A DNA stretch of 64,000 nucleotides from Calditrichaceae bacterium. GTDB lineage: Bacteria; Calditrichota; Calditrichia; Calditrichales; JBFXGD01. Location: the NCBI GenBank assembly GCA_050173015.1, contig JBFXLE010000003.1, positions 192,001-256,000 of the forward strand. Direction: 5' to 3'. The position numbers and the translations under genes are program-made. This document shows, piece by piece, positions 20,032-30,157 of the stretch. Position 1 is the first letter of the stretch. Each line of letters begins with the position of its first letter. A model generated the notes under the pieces. The model was not told where the DNA came from and did not search any database. It saw only the letters and a list, made by a program, of their open reading frames with translations.

Positions 20032-20937
20032 CTATTTTTCGTTGTATATGACCTCGAGCATAACCTGACCGACCGTTTGAAGACTTTCTGAACTGCATTT
20101 ATCAGGCGTATCCTCCCGGGTATGCCAGTAACCGTGATTTTTATCCGGATACTCAAAGTCGATCACATCAATGCAGGGAATTCCACCTTCAATCAGAATA
20201 ACATGATCATCATTGATATATTGTCCGACGCGTCGTTCAAACTGATAGGCGCCGATGCTTTCGGCGGCTGACCATACTTTGTCCACGATATGTGGCGCGG
20301 ACTGTTGTGAAAATCCCTCTATGGGCAGACTTAGATTCGCGTCACCTATCATATCAAGCAGGATTCCGTAACGCGGTCTGTAATTGCCCTTGTTTTTGAC
20401 AAAATGACGCGATCCCAGAAAGTATTCTTCAAGGTGGCCCTCGGGTCCATAGTCCTCGCCGTCAAATAAAATCAAATCAACACCCACTTCCGGCGGATTG
20501 CTCTTTAGGTGATTAGCGATTTCCAACAACACCGCCACTCCGCTCGCGCCGTCATTGGCACCCGGTATCGGGCGATCCTTATCGCCTTTCCGATCCATAT
20601 CGGCAAACGGCCGCGTATCCCAGTGAGCCGCGAGAAAAATTCTTTTACCGGCTTTACTATTATACGACGCGATAATATTTGTTAGCGGAACAGTTTTTTT
20701 GTTTATACTGTCATAATGAATAAATGGCTGTAAAATTACGCTGTCAGCCGTTTTTTCAAGCTCCATTTTCAGATAATTCAGACACTCTTCATGCCCTTTG
20801 CTTCCCGGATTCCGCGGTCCGAAATCAACCTGCTTAACCAGATAGTCAAACGCCCTTTGACCATCAAACTGAGGCAGCGCCTGTGAACAAAATGTAAGAT
20901 TGCCCAACAGGAACAGAAAAAAAATACGCCTGGACAT
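20032..20937 (-). CDS. M28-family lipoprotein, glutaminyl cyclase-like
   Basis: Lipobox-like LTFC; QVDFGPRNPGS, AHWDTRP, GANDGASG, FDGEDYG, LLDMIG, DDH, WHT. Confidence 0.8.
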   Translation of the reverse strand: MSRRIFFLFLLGNLTFCSQALPQFDGQRAFDYLVKQVDFGPRNPGSKGHEECLNYLKMELEKTADSVILQPFIHYDSINKKTVPLTNIIASYNSKAGKRIFLAAHWDTRPFADMDRKGDKDRPIPGANDGASGVAVLLEIANHLKSNPPEVGVDLILFDGEDYGPEGHLEEYFLGSRHFVKNKGNYRPRYGILLDMIGDANLSLPIEGFSQQSAPHIVDKVWSAAESIGAYQFERRVGQYINDDHVILIEGGIPCIDVIDFEYPDKNHGYWHTREDTPDKCSSESLQTVGQVMLEVIYNEK

Positions 20938-20965
20938 GTCATCACTCCTTAAACTACAGAATCAT

Positions 20966-23900
20966 CTAATCCCTGATCGCTATATTTACATTCATTCCAA
21001 ATTCACTATGTGTATAGGTACCTGAAATTTTGTTTTCAGTAGCTCCGGTTTCGAAGAATAAACTGCCCTGTACTTTGGTATTAAAGCGGTAGCTTGCCGA
21101 AGGTCTCAGCTTCCAGGACTTATTATTTTGTTTCTCTTCAAAATTATCCTGATCGAATTGTTTTTGGAATGTTGTATTTTGTGAACGATCAAAAGTCAGA
21201 CTAAAATTCACTTCATTTTTAAAAGATTTCGATTTGAACGGCCAGATCGGTATCCTGAAGCCGGCTGTTTTCGCGTAACTCATTGTGATTGTAAGCGAGC
21301 TTGTTTCCGTTTTTGTCGCGCCGGCGCCGGAATTATAAGAGTAACTTGTACTTTCGGTACGTCTGATATTTCCGGAGACTCCCCATACCGTGCGGATGTT
21401 AAATCCGACTAATGGCTGCCAGTTACTGCTGAACGATTGAGACGTAGGCACAAAACTGCCGTCCAGCTTAAGAGATTTGTTTTCTGTGTATTTCCCGGAA
21501 TGTCCGTGATCAACAGTCACGGATTGAGCAAATGTCGGGAAAAACAGATATTTCTCCACGCCTGACACCTGCACATTCCAATCCGGTACAAACCGGCGTA
21601 AATCGGCATTTAATCCTTTAAAATCTGTAAGTGGATCATCACCCAGCGCCAGGAATGAAATGGACCGGTTTCCCGACCGGTTATTTCCGTAATCTGAACT
21701 TGATTCCGATTCTGAAAAATCATGATTGAAGGTGGCCTTTATATTCTTAGCAAAATTATAACTTGTGGATGTTCTGATAGAGCGGGTCTGACTAATGCTG
21801 GGGCCTATTAAATTAATTCCGTCATCAATCAAGCTTGAATCCTGGCCGACTCCGGTGCTGGTCGTAAATCCGAACTGATACTGCCAGTCAGGTATATCAT
21901 TCAGATAAGGATTTGAGATATTATCATCTATGGAGTAGTTCATCTGGATGCTCTGCCACGAATCAAAAAACTTGTACAGAAGAATCAATGGATTCGGGAA
22001 ACTTTTTTTGTCATCTTCATCTTTTTTATCTTTTTCGGGATCAGTCTGGGATTGCGGGGTGGGCCGGCCTCTGCCCGCGGTTGTCCTTTTCTTTGCCTTG
22101 GGAGTGTAAATGCTATTCACCAGCGTGCTTGGATTCAGGGTCAGTCCAATACGCTTTCCTACTCTGCTGGTACTTTGCTTGTATTGATAATTATTCGTCA
22201 GAGAATAACTAAAATTCGAATTGTACGAAAAATCAGTTTTCAGCCATTTGATGAGGTTCGGTCTGTAGTCCGCGCCAAAACTTTGATTAATATCGGTATC
22301 AAGCCCGAAATTAAATTTTGTGAAAATCTCTTTAAACATATCTTCGTGTTTCAATCCGACATAATCAGCATCCGCCCGATGTGATCTAGAATAGGTAAAA
22401 TTCAGGCTGTTAAACATCCGATATCCCGAATTAACCGATCTGGTTGAAGAGGTATTTATGGTCCTCTTGTTTTCTGCGGAGGATCTGCGGAGAAGGTCTG
22501 TTTCCACATCCGAAATATCCAGCGACAAATTAATATCATTTGGCGAATAATAGAGTTTTTCATCACTCAGTTTACCAAGAAGCGGAATTCTTTGTGTAAA
22601 CTTAAATGGAGACACAAAGTTATTCTTTCCAAACGGGATTTTATATCTAATTGACTCTTTATACTGCTCCGAGTCATTAAATTTTGTTTCCCAGTCACTG
22701 CTGTGTTTTTTTGAATAATCAAAATCAAGCACGAGTTCATCAACTGTATAGCGATAATACCAGGATTTCGATTTTGATCTTTTACGGATAGTCGTGCCGA
22801 CGCCAAGAACCTCGCTGTATGAGACCTGATCATCCAATTCCGGAGGCAGATCGCGAACACCGAACAAAGATTTCAATTTTTTGTCAAAGGAGTCATTCTT
22901 ATACCCGGTAAGAATATCCGTTCTCGGGAAGTACTTAGGCACATTTCTGCTGTAAGAGGCGCGCGCGTCGATCGGTATGGAGATGTCCCATGCGTCCGGC
23001 AGAAATTTATCCAGGGTGAACGTTCCTGAATAATTTTGTCTTTCGAGGGTATTGCCCCCTCCGAACTGAGTACCGATATCATGATAGTCCGCGTCTTTAC
23101 TTTCCCATTCAGCATTAAATCTTAAAAGATCCGCTAATTTAATATCCGTCTTCAGACGCAAAGCTGTGGCGTTTTCCCTGCGTACCTCAGAGAGACGCAT
23201 TTCATCGAGCCAAATCTCACCTGTAAAACCGAAGGAGTCCTTATTTTTGACACCTATTATAAAATACCTGATCGTGTTAAGGCTCGGAGCGCCCTTTACT
23301 TTATAATAACCTCCCGGAGATGAGCCAACCAGAGCATACTTATTTTCGCTGAATTTTACCTGTGAAAGTTCATCGAGATCGATATCCAGTTGATTCAGCG
23401 TGCTCCATCCCCTGTAAACATCCTGACCGTATTCATAATAGTTGTTGACATCCGATCCGAATCGCAAATAGAACCTGATATTTGAGCTGTCTCCATCATC
23501 CGGATTTAACGGTAGACTGCGATCGCCGTGAATAAACATTTTTAGCCGTTTGTAATTAACGAGCTCCATGGCGCTGTACAATGTTTTTTTTGCTTCAGCC
23601 ACATAGCCGGCCGGGAAATCGGCAAATTTGAGCACAAGCGATTGCTCTTTTGAAATCGCGTCGGTGATGCGGTCACGCTCCCCTGCCACTCCCGGGGGTG
23701 ATGTGTATGGTTCAGGACCACCAGGTATTTCATCAACATTCTCTTCGGTATTATATGTGGCAAGCGTAAAGACGGAATCTGACTTTACAAAAGTCGCGGA
23801 ATCATTTTCGGCGATACCTGTTTCTTCCCACTCATTGCCGACAAAATCAAAAGTCGCTATAAGGATCCTTGTTCTTTCTGCCGGAATATCGCTAACCCAG

Positions 23901-26900
23901 AGGCGCGTGTAAAAAATTTGCTGAAAATCCGGATCGGGATTACCGATTTTCCTCGTAAAATCTTTGAGAGGTATTCTGAATTGCCGCCAGCCTTTTTCAG
24001 TCGCGCCCGCAACCCATCCTTTTGCCTTCAGATCATTCGGATCTAAGGAAAAGGTATATTCAAAATAATCATTAAACAGATTGAGCTGGCCGTCGCCATC
24101 CAGGTCTTCTGTATCAGGATATCTCGCGCCCTGAGCATTACCGTTTCCTTCCGTTCCGTTAATGCCGTCATAAAGGACGCCATCGAAAACATTAGTCGCG
24201 CCGGTTCTTGGTTCATTCCAATTATCAAAGGGATCATCTCCCGTCAAACCGTCCTTTATACCGTCAAGACCGATATCTTCCCCGTCATCCAGCAATCCGT
24301 TATTATTGCGATCTTCTGTATTCAGCCCACCCCGGCTGAACTCGTTTCTTATCGTAGAGCCTTTTTGATACCAGTCTTCAGAAATACGCCCGATATCAAT
24401 ATTTATCGTGCCTTCTGTTCCCTGAACCCACAATTCGATATATTTTGTTTTTTGCTGATCGGCAAAACTGGCCGTCGTACGCATCACCCCCGCCCACGCG
24501 CTATCCGGATCGCTGGCCGAATCACGCCAGTATTCTAATCCAAGCACATCGGTTGTCTGTCCCGTTTGCGAGTTGACATCCCGGTCGGGCCAGATGTCCT
24601 GAATGGCGACCTGAGTGTACGGATTAAACCAGACAAGCCGAGACCGGGCATTATTCACAACCGTATCTATCTGTGTGACACCTTCGCCCAAATTGGGTAA
24701 AACCACCGGCGGGCTCGCCATTGTCCATGTCTTATAACGGATTCCGAGCGTTGTAGTCCGCTTGCTTGCTTCGAAATCGTCAATATAGGCGACACCATCT
24801 TTATCGCCGGTACTCTCGTTATTAAGAGTATTCGGATCTGGCAATACCTGAGCAAACTCGGTCTCTATATTAACATATGAGTCTTCATTCGTTTCAACAA
24901 GCGGAATAGCATCCACCATTTTTGTCAAAAAACGAGGCCGGAATTTAAACGCCGCGTTGATATCCCAGACCAGGTTTCTGAAAGGTTCCTGACCTACACG
25001 AACCCGCTGATCAATGGTCGATTTATTTAAGTACAGCCCTGTAAATCCTATAAATGAGTCATCCCAAAAACGATATTCAGCGCGTCCTCCGAGAATGGTC
25101 TTTTTATCCAATTGAAACAGGTTTGCGCGTTCATATTTTATTTCTATATTTGAGCTGCTGCGCTTAGCTTCATCCGAAAGCAGAGTTAGCTGACCACTGA
25201 AATAATCGATCATATAATCCATGTCCCTTTGCAGCGATCGCCCATTTAGCGTGACAACTTCACTGCCCTCCAGCACATAAAAACCAAGATCATAAGTTGA
25301 TCTTGTACTCTTGGAGGTAACAATCATTTCAAACTTACTTTGCGTAAGCAGTTCCTGTGTATTCGTATAGCTCGTATTGTATATGTCAACTTTATATTTT
25401 TCAGGAAGAGATTCAACTTTAAACGGACTTCCTTCATCCGGATTGTATGGTTTTAGTGACGGGAAAATAAGGACACCGTCAGCCGGATATGTCGTATTCG
25501 GATTCCAATCGGCTTTCTCATCACCGCCTTCAATCGAATTACCGTTTTCATCAGCCACATCCAGTCCCATCAGGTTCAGAAAGGAACGGTCGATTCCTTC
25601 CGGATAGGCTTCCTGATTACCGGTTACATTGTACTGTATTCTCAGATCAAAGCCTTCACGTTGTATATTGCTTCCCCCAAGAGAATAGACATTGCGCATC
25701 ATAAGCGGCCAGGTATCCGCGTAAACATCTGTAGGCTGCATTGCCCGGGGTTTAATCATTTTCAGGATAACAGACTGACTTGTGTCCGCAAGATCCTCGT
25801 TAAGGGTTCCTACCTTCAGACCATTAGAAGTGGCATAGGCCACCGCGAGTATATCATTTGATTCGACCCCCTGGTTAAGAGTAAAATACCCCCTGTATTT
25901 ATCGAAAGTATAGTCCTTATCTGGGTCAAGACGTTTAAAATATCCCTTATCTGTCCTGCCGTCCACTACCTGAATCGTATCTGTATTCGCGTTTAGATAT
26001 TCATTGGGATTCAGGACAGCCCAGCCGCTTCGGGCATCATTATCGGAAAGGGCGGTCGATTTATAAATATCAAGCTGGCGAAGATCTGTCCCGCTTATAT
26101 ACGTGAACGGTTCATTCCCGTTAAATCCCTTTTCAAACTGCTCCAAATATGATTTATCAACAAAAAAGTATCTGTTTTTAATAAACTCATAATCTTTGAT
26201 CGTAGTTTTGGATTCACTCGCGTTTCCCGATAATTTGAGTTCCTGCTGTTGACCTTTCTCGAGGGAAGCTATTGTCGTGACATAAAAGTTTCCGATTTTC
26301 AGATCGGCTTTCAGACCAAACAACCCCTTGTTTGAACCTCCAAAGATAACATATTTCGTGGAAGGCAGAGATAAAGAAACATTTCCGGCCTCTATTTTTT
26401 GAACTATTTCATCCTCATCACCGTCATACCGTAATTTGAGAGTGTTTTCGATATCTGTCACCGCTTCACTGTTCTGATCAACAGAAACCGTAACTTTTTC
26501 ACCGATTTTACCCTCGACCGTGAATTGTTGTGTCTGATTGAACTTGGGACTAAATGATGTTTTGTTCTCGGACGCGGAAGTTGCAGAACCTGATCTCTTT
26601 TCTGTTCTTCCGGAAAGATCGAATGTGATATTTCCGGTCACGCGCAAACCGATTCGGTCAGAACCGAATATTCTGGTAAAAGTTTTACTCCGGATTCTTA
26701 TGGGGATATCCAGTTTGATCGCTCCAAATTCCTGCTCAGTCTGTTGCCGGAATTTATTCAAAACGGTTTTTTTCCATTGTTCTCTGCGGTCAAACTCAAT
26801 TCTTAAGCGGACATAGGCATCCAAATCGATTACCGCCGGCAGATAAAACTCAACACCGTCCAATGCTTCCATTATCGAGATATACTCTGCCGTGGAATCC

Positions 26901-27121
26901 ATTTTGACTTTCCGGACGTAAGATTTTGGGGCGCGCGCAAAAAAAGTGGAATCGGCGGCATACCCTTCCAACCCGAATAATTCAGGTTCAAACAGAGTTA
27001 CCGTTTTAGGCGGAGGCGGGACCCGAAGCCCCGGCTGGGTATAACCGTTTACTGTGATAAAAAACAGAATACCGGTTAAAATGACGAAGGATAGAAGCCC
27101 ACATCTTTTTTTGTTGCTCAT
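20966..27121 (-). CDS. sprA: Cell surface protein SprA (T9SS translocon-like)
   Basis: About 2050 aa; FTRIFGSD..., GKIGEKV, LRYDGDEDEIVQKIEAGNVSLSLP, GLFGLK, GSEVVTLNG..L..DY.IDY.SG, YIDDFE, GEIWLDEMRL; beta-rich C-terminus; start likely ATG 27121. Confidence 0.9.
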   Translation of the reverse strand: MSNKKRCGLLSFVILTGILFFITVNGYTQPGLRVPPPPKTVTLFEPELFGLEGYAADSTFFARAPKSYVRKVKMDSTAEYISIMEALDGVEFYLPAVIDLDAYVRLRIEFDRREQWKKTVLNKFRQQTEQEFGAIKLDIPIRIRSKTFTRIFGSDRIGLRVTGNITFDLSGRTEKRSGSATSASENKTSFSPKFNQTQQFTVEGKIGEKVTVSVDQNSEAVTDIENTLKLRYDGDEDEIVQKIEAGNVSLSLPSTKYVIFGGSNKGLFGLKADLKIGNFYVTTIASLEKGQQQELKLSGNASESKTTIKDYEFIKNRYFFVDKSYLEQFEKGFNGNEPFTYISGTDLRQLDIYKSTALSDNDARSGWAVLNPNEYLNANTDTIQVVDGRTDKGYFKRLDPDKDYTFDKYRGYFTLNQGVESNDILAVAYATSNGLKVGTLNEDLADTSQSVILKMIKPRAMQPTDVYADTWPLMMRNVYSLGGSNIQREGFDLRIQYNVTGNQEAYPEGIDRSFLNLMGLDVADENGNSIEGGDEKADWNPNTTYPADGVLIFPSLKPYNPDEGSPFKVESLPEKYKVDIYNTSYTNTQELLTQSKFEMIVTSKSTRSTYDLGFYVLEGSEVVTLNGRSLQRDMDYMIDYFSGQLTLLSDEAKRSSSNIEIKYERANLFQLDKKTILGGRAEYRFWDDSFIGFTGLYLNKSTIDQRVRVGQEPFRNLVWDINAAFKFRPRFLTKMVDAIPLVETNEDSYVNIETEFAQVLPDPNTLNNESTGDKDGVAYIDDFEASKRTTTLGIRYKTWTMASPPVVLPNLGEGVTQIDTVVNNARSRLVWFNPYTQVAIQDIWPDRDVNSQTGQTTDVLGLEYWRDSASDPDSAWAGVMRTTASFADQQKTKYIELWVQGTEGTINIDIGRISEDWYQKGSTIRNEFSRGGLNTEDRNNNGLLDDGEDIGLDGIKDGLTGDDPFDNWNEPRTGATNVFDGVLYDGINGTEGNGNAQGARYPDTEDLDGDGQLNLFNDYFEYTFSLDPNDLKAKGWVAGATEKGWRQFRIPLKDFTRKIGNPDPDFQQIFYTRLWVSDIPAERTRILIATFDFVGNEWEETGIAENDSATFVKSDSVFTLATYNTEENVDEIPGGPEPYTSPPGVAGERDRITDAISKEQSLVLKFADFPAGYVAEAKKTLYSAMELVNYKRLKMFIHGDRSLPLNPDDGDSSNIRFYLRFGSDVNNYYEYGQDVYRGWSTLNQLDIDLDELSQVKFSENKYALVGSSPGGYYKVKGAPSLNTIRYFIIGVKNKDSFGFTGEIWLDEMRLSEVRRENATALRLKTDIKLADLLRFNAEWESKDADYHDIGTQFGGGNTLERQNYSGTFTLDKFLPDAWDISIPIDARASYSRNVPKYFPRTDILTGYKNDSFDKKLKSLFGVRDLPPELDDQVSYSEVLGVGTTIRKRSKSKSWYYRYTVDELVLDFDYSKKHSSDWETKFNDSEQYKESIRYKIPFGKNNFVSPFKFTQRIPLLGKLSDEKLYYSPNDINLSLDISDVETDLLRRSSAENKRTINTSSTRSVNSGYRMFNSLNFTYSRSHRADADYVGLKHEDMFKEIFTKFNFGLDTDINQSFGADYRPNLIKWLKTDFSYNSNFSYSLTNNYQYKQSTSRVGKRIGLTLNPSTLVNSIYTPKAKKRTTAGRGRPTPQSQTDPEKDKKDEDDKKSFPNPLILLYKFFDSWQSIQMNYSIDDNISNPYLNDIPDWQYQFGFTTSTGVGQDSSLIDDGINLIGPSISQTRSIRTSTSYNFAKNIKATFNHDFSESESSSDYGNNRSGNRSISFLALGDDPLTDFKGLNADLRRFVPDWNVQVSGVEKYLFFPTFAQSVTVDHGHSGKYTENKSLKLDGSFVPTSQSFSSNWQPLVGFNIRTVWGVSGNIRRTESTSYSYNSGAGATKTETSSLTITMSYAKTAGFRIPIWPFKSKSFKNEVNFSLTFDRSQNTTFQKQFDQDNFEEKQNNKSWKLRPSASYRFNTKVQGSLFFETGATENKISGTYTHSEFGMNVNIAIRD

Positions 27122-27560
27122 TAAATACAAGTTTCGATCACCAGGAGTTTGTTTTAATAAAGGCAATTAACCGTAGCAATAGATGTCTATGGGCTACCTC
27201 TTTTTTATTATACCATAAAAAGTAAAAAATATACGCTGACCAGTCTTTTAATTCAAGTTAAATTTGCTTCCCGCATTGATTGTCTGCTAAATAATACAAA
27301 ATTCTTGATCTTCTGTCATCTAATCTGATCGGCATAAAATCAAATTTATTAAACGGAGGATCTAAAATTTAATTTAAGCGGGAAATTCACCTGCCATATA
27401 CCTATACTTATACTTTTTGAAATCACCGGGTGTCCGTTAAAAATATATATATTTATTCAAAGCCTTTAAAATCAATTAATTAGCGCATAAAGTTAAAAGA
27501 CTTATACGGGAAATTGTTTAGTTTGGATTTTAATGGGAGTTTTCTTAAAATATTAGTCAT

Positions 27561-29039
27561 ATGAAAATACTAACCCGATATATAATTAAAGAACATATAG
27601 GTCCTTTTTTCTTTGCTCTTTCGGTTATCATGTTTATTCTTTTAATGAATTTTCTGGTAAAATACATCGGGCATATTTTTGGAAAAGGACTGGCGATCTT
27701 CACAATTTTTAAACTGATTGCCCTTAATCTGGCATGGATGCTTGCTCTTGCCGTACCAATGGCAACTCTTGTGGCGGTGCTTATGGCCTACGGGCGATTC
27801 TCCGCTGACAATGAAATAACAATACTTAAATCCAGCGGTATAAGCATCTTTAAAATCATGAGGCCTTCCCTTTACCTTGGACTCCTACTCACCCTAATCA
27901 TGGTCTATTTCAGCGATCAAATCCTGCCTGAATCGAATCATGAAGCCCGGAGAATGTTCCAGGCAATCAGGCGAAAAAAACCGACTCTGCAGCTCGAAGA
28001 ACATATATTTTATGATCTTTCCCGTTTTTCATTTGTGGTTGATCAGATTGAAAAGCCCTTGCAGGATGAATGGCTGGGTTTAAACAGCCTGCTTGGACCG
28101 GAGTACAGTAATCCGGATGATCTCGAGCGGCTGCGAAACATTACTATCTTTGACCGCACCGACCAGGGCAAAACAACCACAATTATTTCCGAAGAAGGAT
28201 TTATGGTTTACTCCAGACCGCGGAAATCATTGGTATTTACCCTCTTTAATGGTGAGTTTCACGAGATTGATAATGAGAAACTGAGTGAATATCAGCGGTC
28301 AAATTTCAGCAAACATATCGTTTACATACCGGCTGATGATTTTGAACTTGAGCAGGAAGAGGACAGCTACCGGGGCGACCGGGAAATGAATATAAAAATG
28401 ATGCAGGCAAAAATCGAAGAAACCAGACAGCAAATGAGCGATCAGAAGAATAAGATCGGTGAAAATATTGATAAAAATTCCGAAAACCTCATCCGTCTCC
28501 TAAAAGAGATGGAATCTGATAGCAGCGTGCTTCCGGCCGATAGCGCGATGATTGCCTCCATCGACACGGTAAAATGGAAAATAGCCAACAGGAAAGCTAT
28601 CAATCAGACCGACCGGTATTATCAGAGAATGCGCACCAATCAAAATCTTGTAAAAAATAATGAACAAACGATCAATAAATTCAGTGTCGAGGTTCACAAG
28701 AAAATATCTATCCCGTTTGCGAGTATCGTTTTTGTTCTTATCGGAGCGCCGCTGGGGATAATGGCCAGGAAAGGCAGTATGGGTATCGCAATCAGTATGA
28801 GTATAGGTTTCTTTTTATTGTATTGGGTGTTTCTTATCGGGGGAGAAGATCTTGCTGACAGACGTCTCCTGACGCCCTTTTTCGCCATGTGGGCGGCCAA
28901 CATAATTGTAGGAATCGGCGGGATTTATCTGACATGGAGAGCCATAAAAGAAACATCTTTCATCAACTGGGGGAAACTGCAATCCTTTTTCAAATGGGGT
29001 AAAACGCCGACGCGGAATTCCGGGGAGACAAACTCTTAA
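27561..29039 (+). CDS. lptF: LPS export permease LptF
   Basis: RYIIKE..GPF, GRFSADNEITILKSSGIS, VEVHKKISIPFA..VFVLIGAPLG; long periplasmic insertion. Confidence 0.88.
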   Translation: MKILTRYIIKEHIGPFFFALSVIMFILLMNFLVKYIGHIFGKGLAIFTIFKLIALNLAWMLALAVPMATLVAVLMAYGRFSADNEITILKSSGISIFKIMRPSLYLGLLLTLIMVYFSDQILPESNHEARRMFQAIRRKKPTLQLEEHIFYDLSRFSFVVDQIEKPLQDEWLGLNSLLGPEYSNPDDLERLRNITIFDRTDQGKTTTIISEEGFMVYSRPRKSLVFTLFNGEFHEIDNEKLSEYQRSNFSKHIVYIPADDFELEQEEDSYRGDREMNIKMMQAKIEETRQQMSDQKNKIGENIDKNSENLIRLLKEMESDSSVLPADSAMIASIDTVKWKIANRKAINQTDRYYQRMRTNQNLVKNNEQTINKFSVEVHKKISIPFASIVFVLIGAPLGIMARKGSMGIAISMSIGFFLLYWVFLIGGEDLADRRLLTPFFAMWAANIIVGIGGIYLTWRAIKETSFINWGKLQSFFKWGKTPTRNSGETNS

Positions 29040-30118
29040 TGTTTCATCTTACAGACAGATATCTGACACGTCAGTTCGCGATCAATCTATTTATAGCAAT
29101 TGTGACATGGATTGTTATTTTTCTTGTTGTGGATATTATTGAACATATCTCAAAATTTCTTGACCGGGGCGCGACACTCAGTCAGTTCACATTATATTAT
29201 TTGTATTATATCCCATATATCATCAGTCTTACCCTGCCTGTTGCCATGCTGCTTGCTACATTATTTTCACTCAGCACGTTTGCCCAGCATAATGAAATTG
29301 TCGCGCAGCTTTCTTCCGGAATCAGTTTATACCGGATATTAAGCCCGTTATTTTTTCTTGCCTTTATGATAAGTATAGCGGCCGGTTTTTTTAACGAGAT
29401 TGTCGTTCCCGAAGCGAATCAGCGAAGATACGATATTTACCGCTATGAAATTTCCAAAAATCCGAGAACCTCCGGCACCTCACGGTCAAATATCTATATT
29501 CAGGATTCCGCCAACCGCAAATTCGTAATTAAATATTTTAACAGCAAATCCAACGAAGCAAGCAGTGTCAGCATACAGACGTTTAAAGGCGCCGTTCTTG
29601 TCGAACGTCTGGACGCGAAGAAAATGTTATGGAAAGACAGTCATTGGCTGTTAAGTGAAGGAACCGTAAGGGACTTTTCGAAGGATCACGAAAGTATTTA
29701 CACTTTTACGGATTCAACCCTCACCGAATCAAGGGTAACACCAGAAAATTTAATTGATATACAAAAGAAACCGGAAGAAATGAGTTTTGAGGAGCTTAAT
29801 CGCTTTATTTCAGAATTAAAGGCCATCGGTGCAGATGTAAGAAAATGGCTTGTAGAAAGACATTTGAAAATCGCCATGCCGTTTACTAATTTTATTGTCG
29901 TATTGCTGGGCGCGCCACTCGCATCGAGAAAAAGACGCGGCGGCATCGGGCTTAATTTCGGACTGAGTCTTCTGGTCAGCTTTATTTATTTTATTATCAT
30001 ACGAACCGGGCAGGTTTTTGGCCATCAGGGAACTCTCGATCCCTTTATCGGCGCCTGGCTGGGAAATTTAATTTTTGTTTCATTGGGTCTGATTTCATTG
30101 TTTTCAGTGCAAAAATAA
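29039..30118 (+). CDS. lptG: LPS export permease LptG
   Basis: DRYL, HNEIVAQLSSGIS, PEEMSF.EL, KIAMPF..LLGAPL, AWLGN; TAATG coupling with lptF. Confidence 0.88.
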   Translation: MFHLTDRYLTRQFAINLFIAIVTWIVIFLVVDIIEHISKFLDRGATLSQFTLYYLYYIPYIISLTLPVAMLLATLFSLSTFAQHNEIVAQLSSGISLYRILSPLFFLAFMISIAAGFFNEIVVPEANQRRYDIYRYEISKNPRTSGTSRSNIYIQDSANRKFVIKYFNSKSNEASSVSIQTFKGAVLVERLDAKKMLWKDSHWLLSEGTVRDFSKDHESIYTFTDSTLTESRVTPENLIDIQKKPEEMSFEELNRFISELKAIGADVRKWLVERHLKIAMPFTNFIVVLLGAPLASRKRRGGIGLNFGLSLLVSFIYFIIIRTGQVFGHQGTLDPFIGAWLGNLIFVSLGLISLFSVQK

Positions 30119-30157
30119 TCTAATTATATAGATACTAAACAAAAAGAGATCTACGAA

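Noticed and set aside
27167-27560. Possible ncRNA or riboswitch between sprA and lptF (GTAGC...GCTAC hairpin; AACGGA...TCCGTT pairing)
   Set aside because: Stems are short and match no riboswitch or ncRNA consensus I recognise; likely divergent promoter DNA
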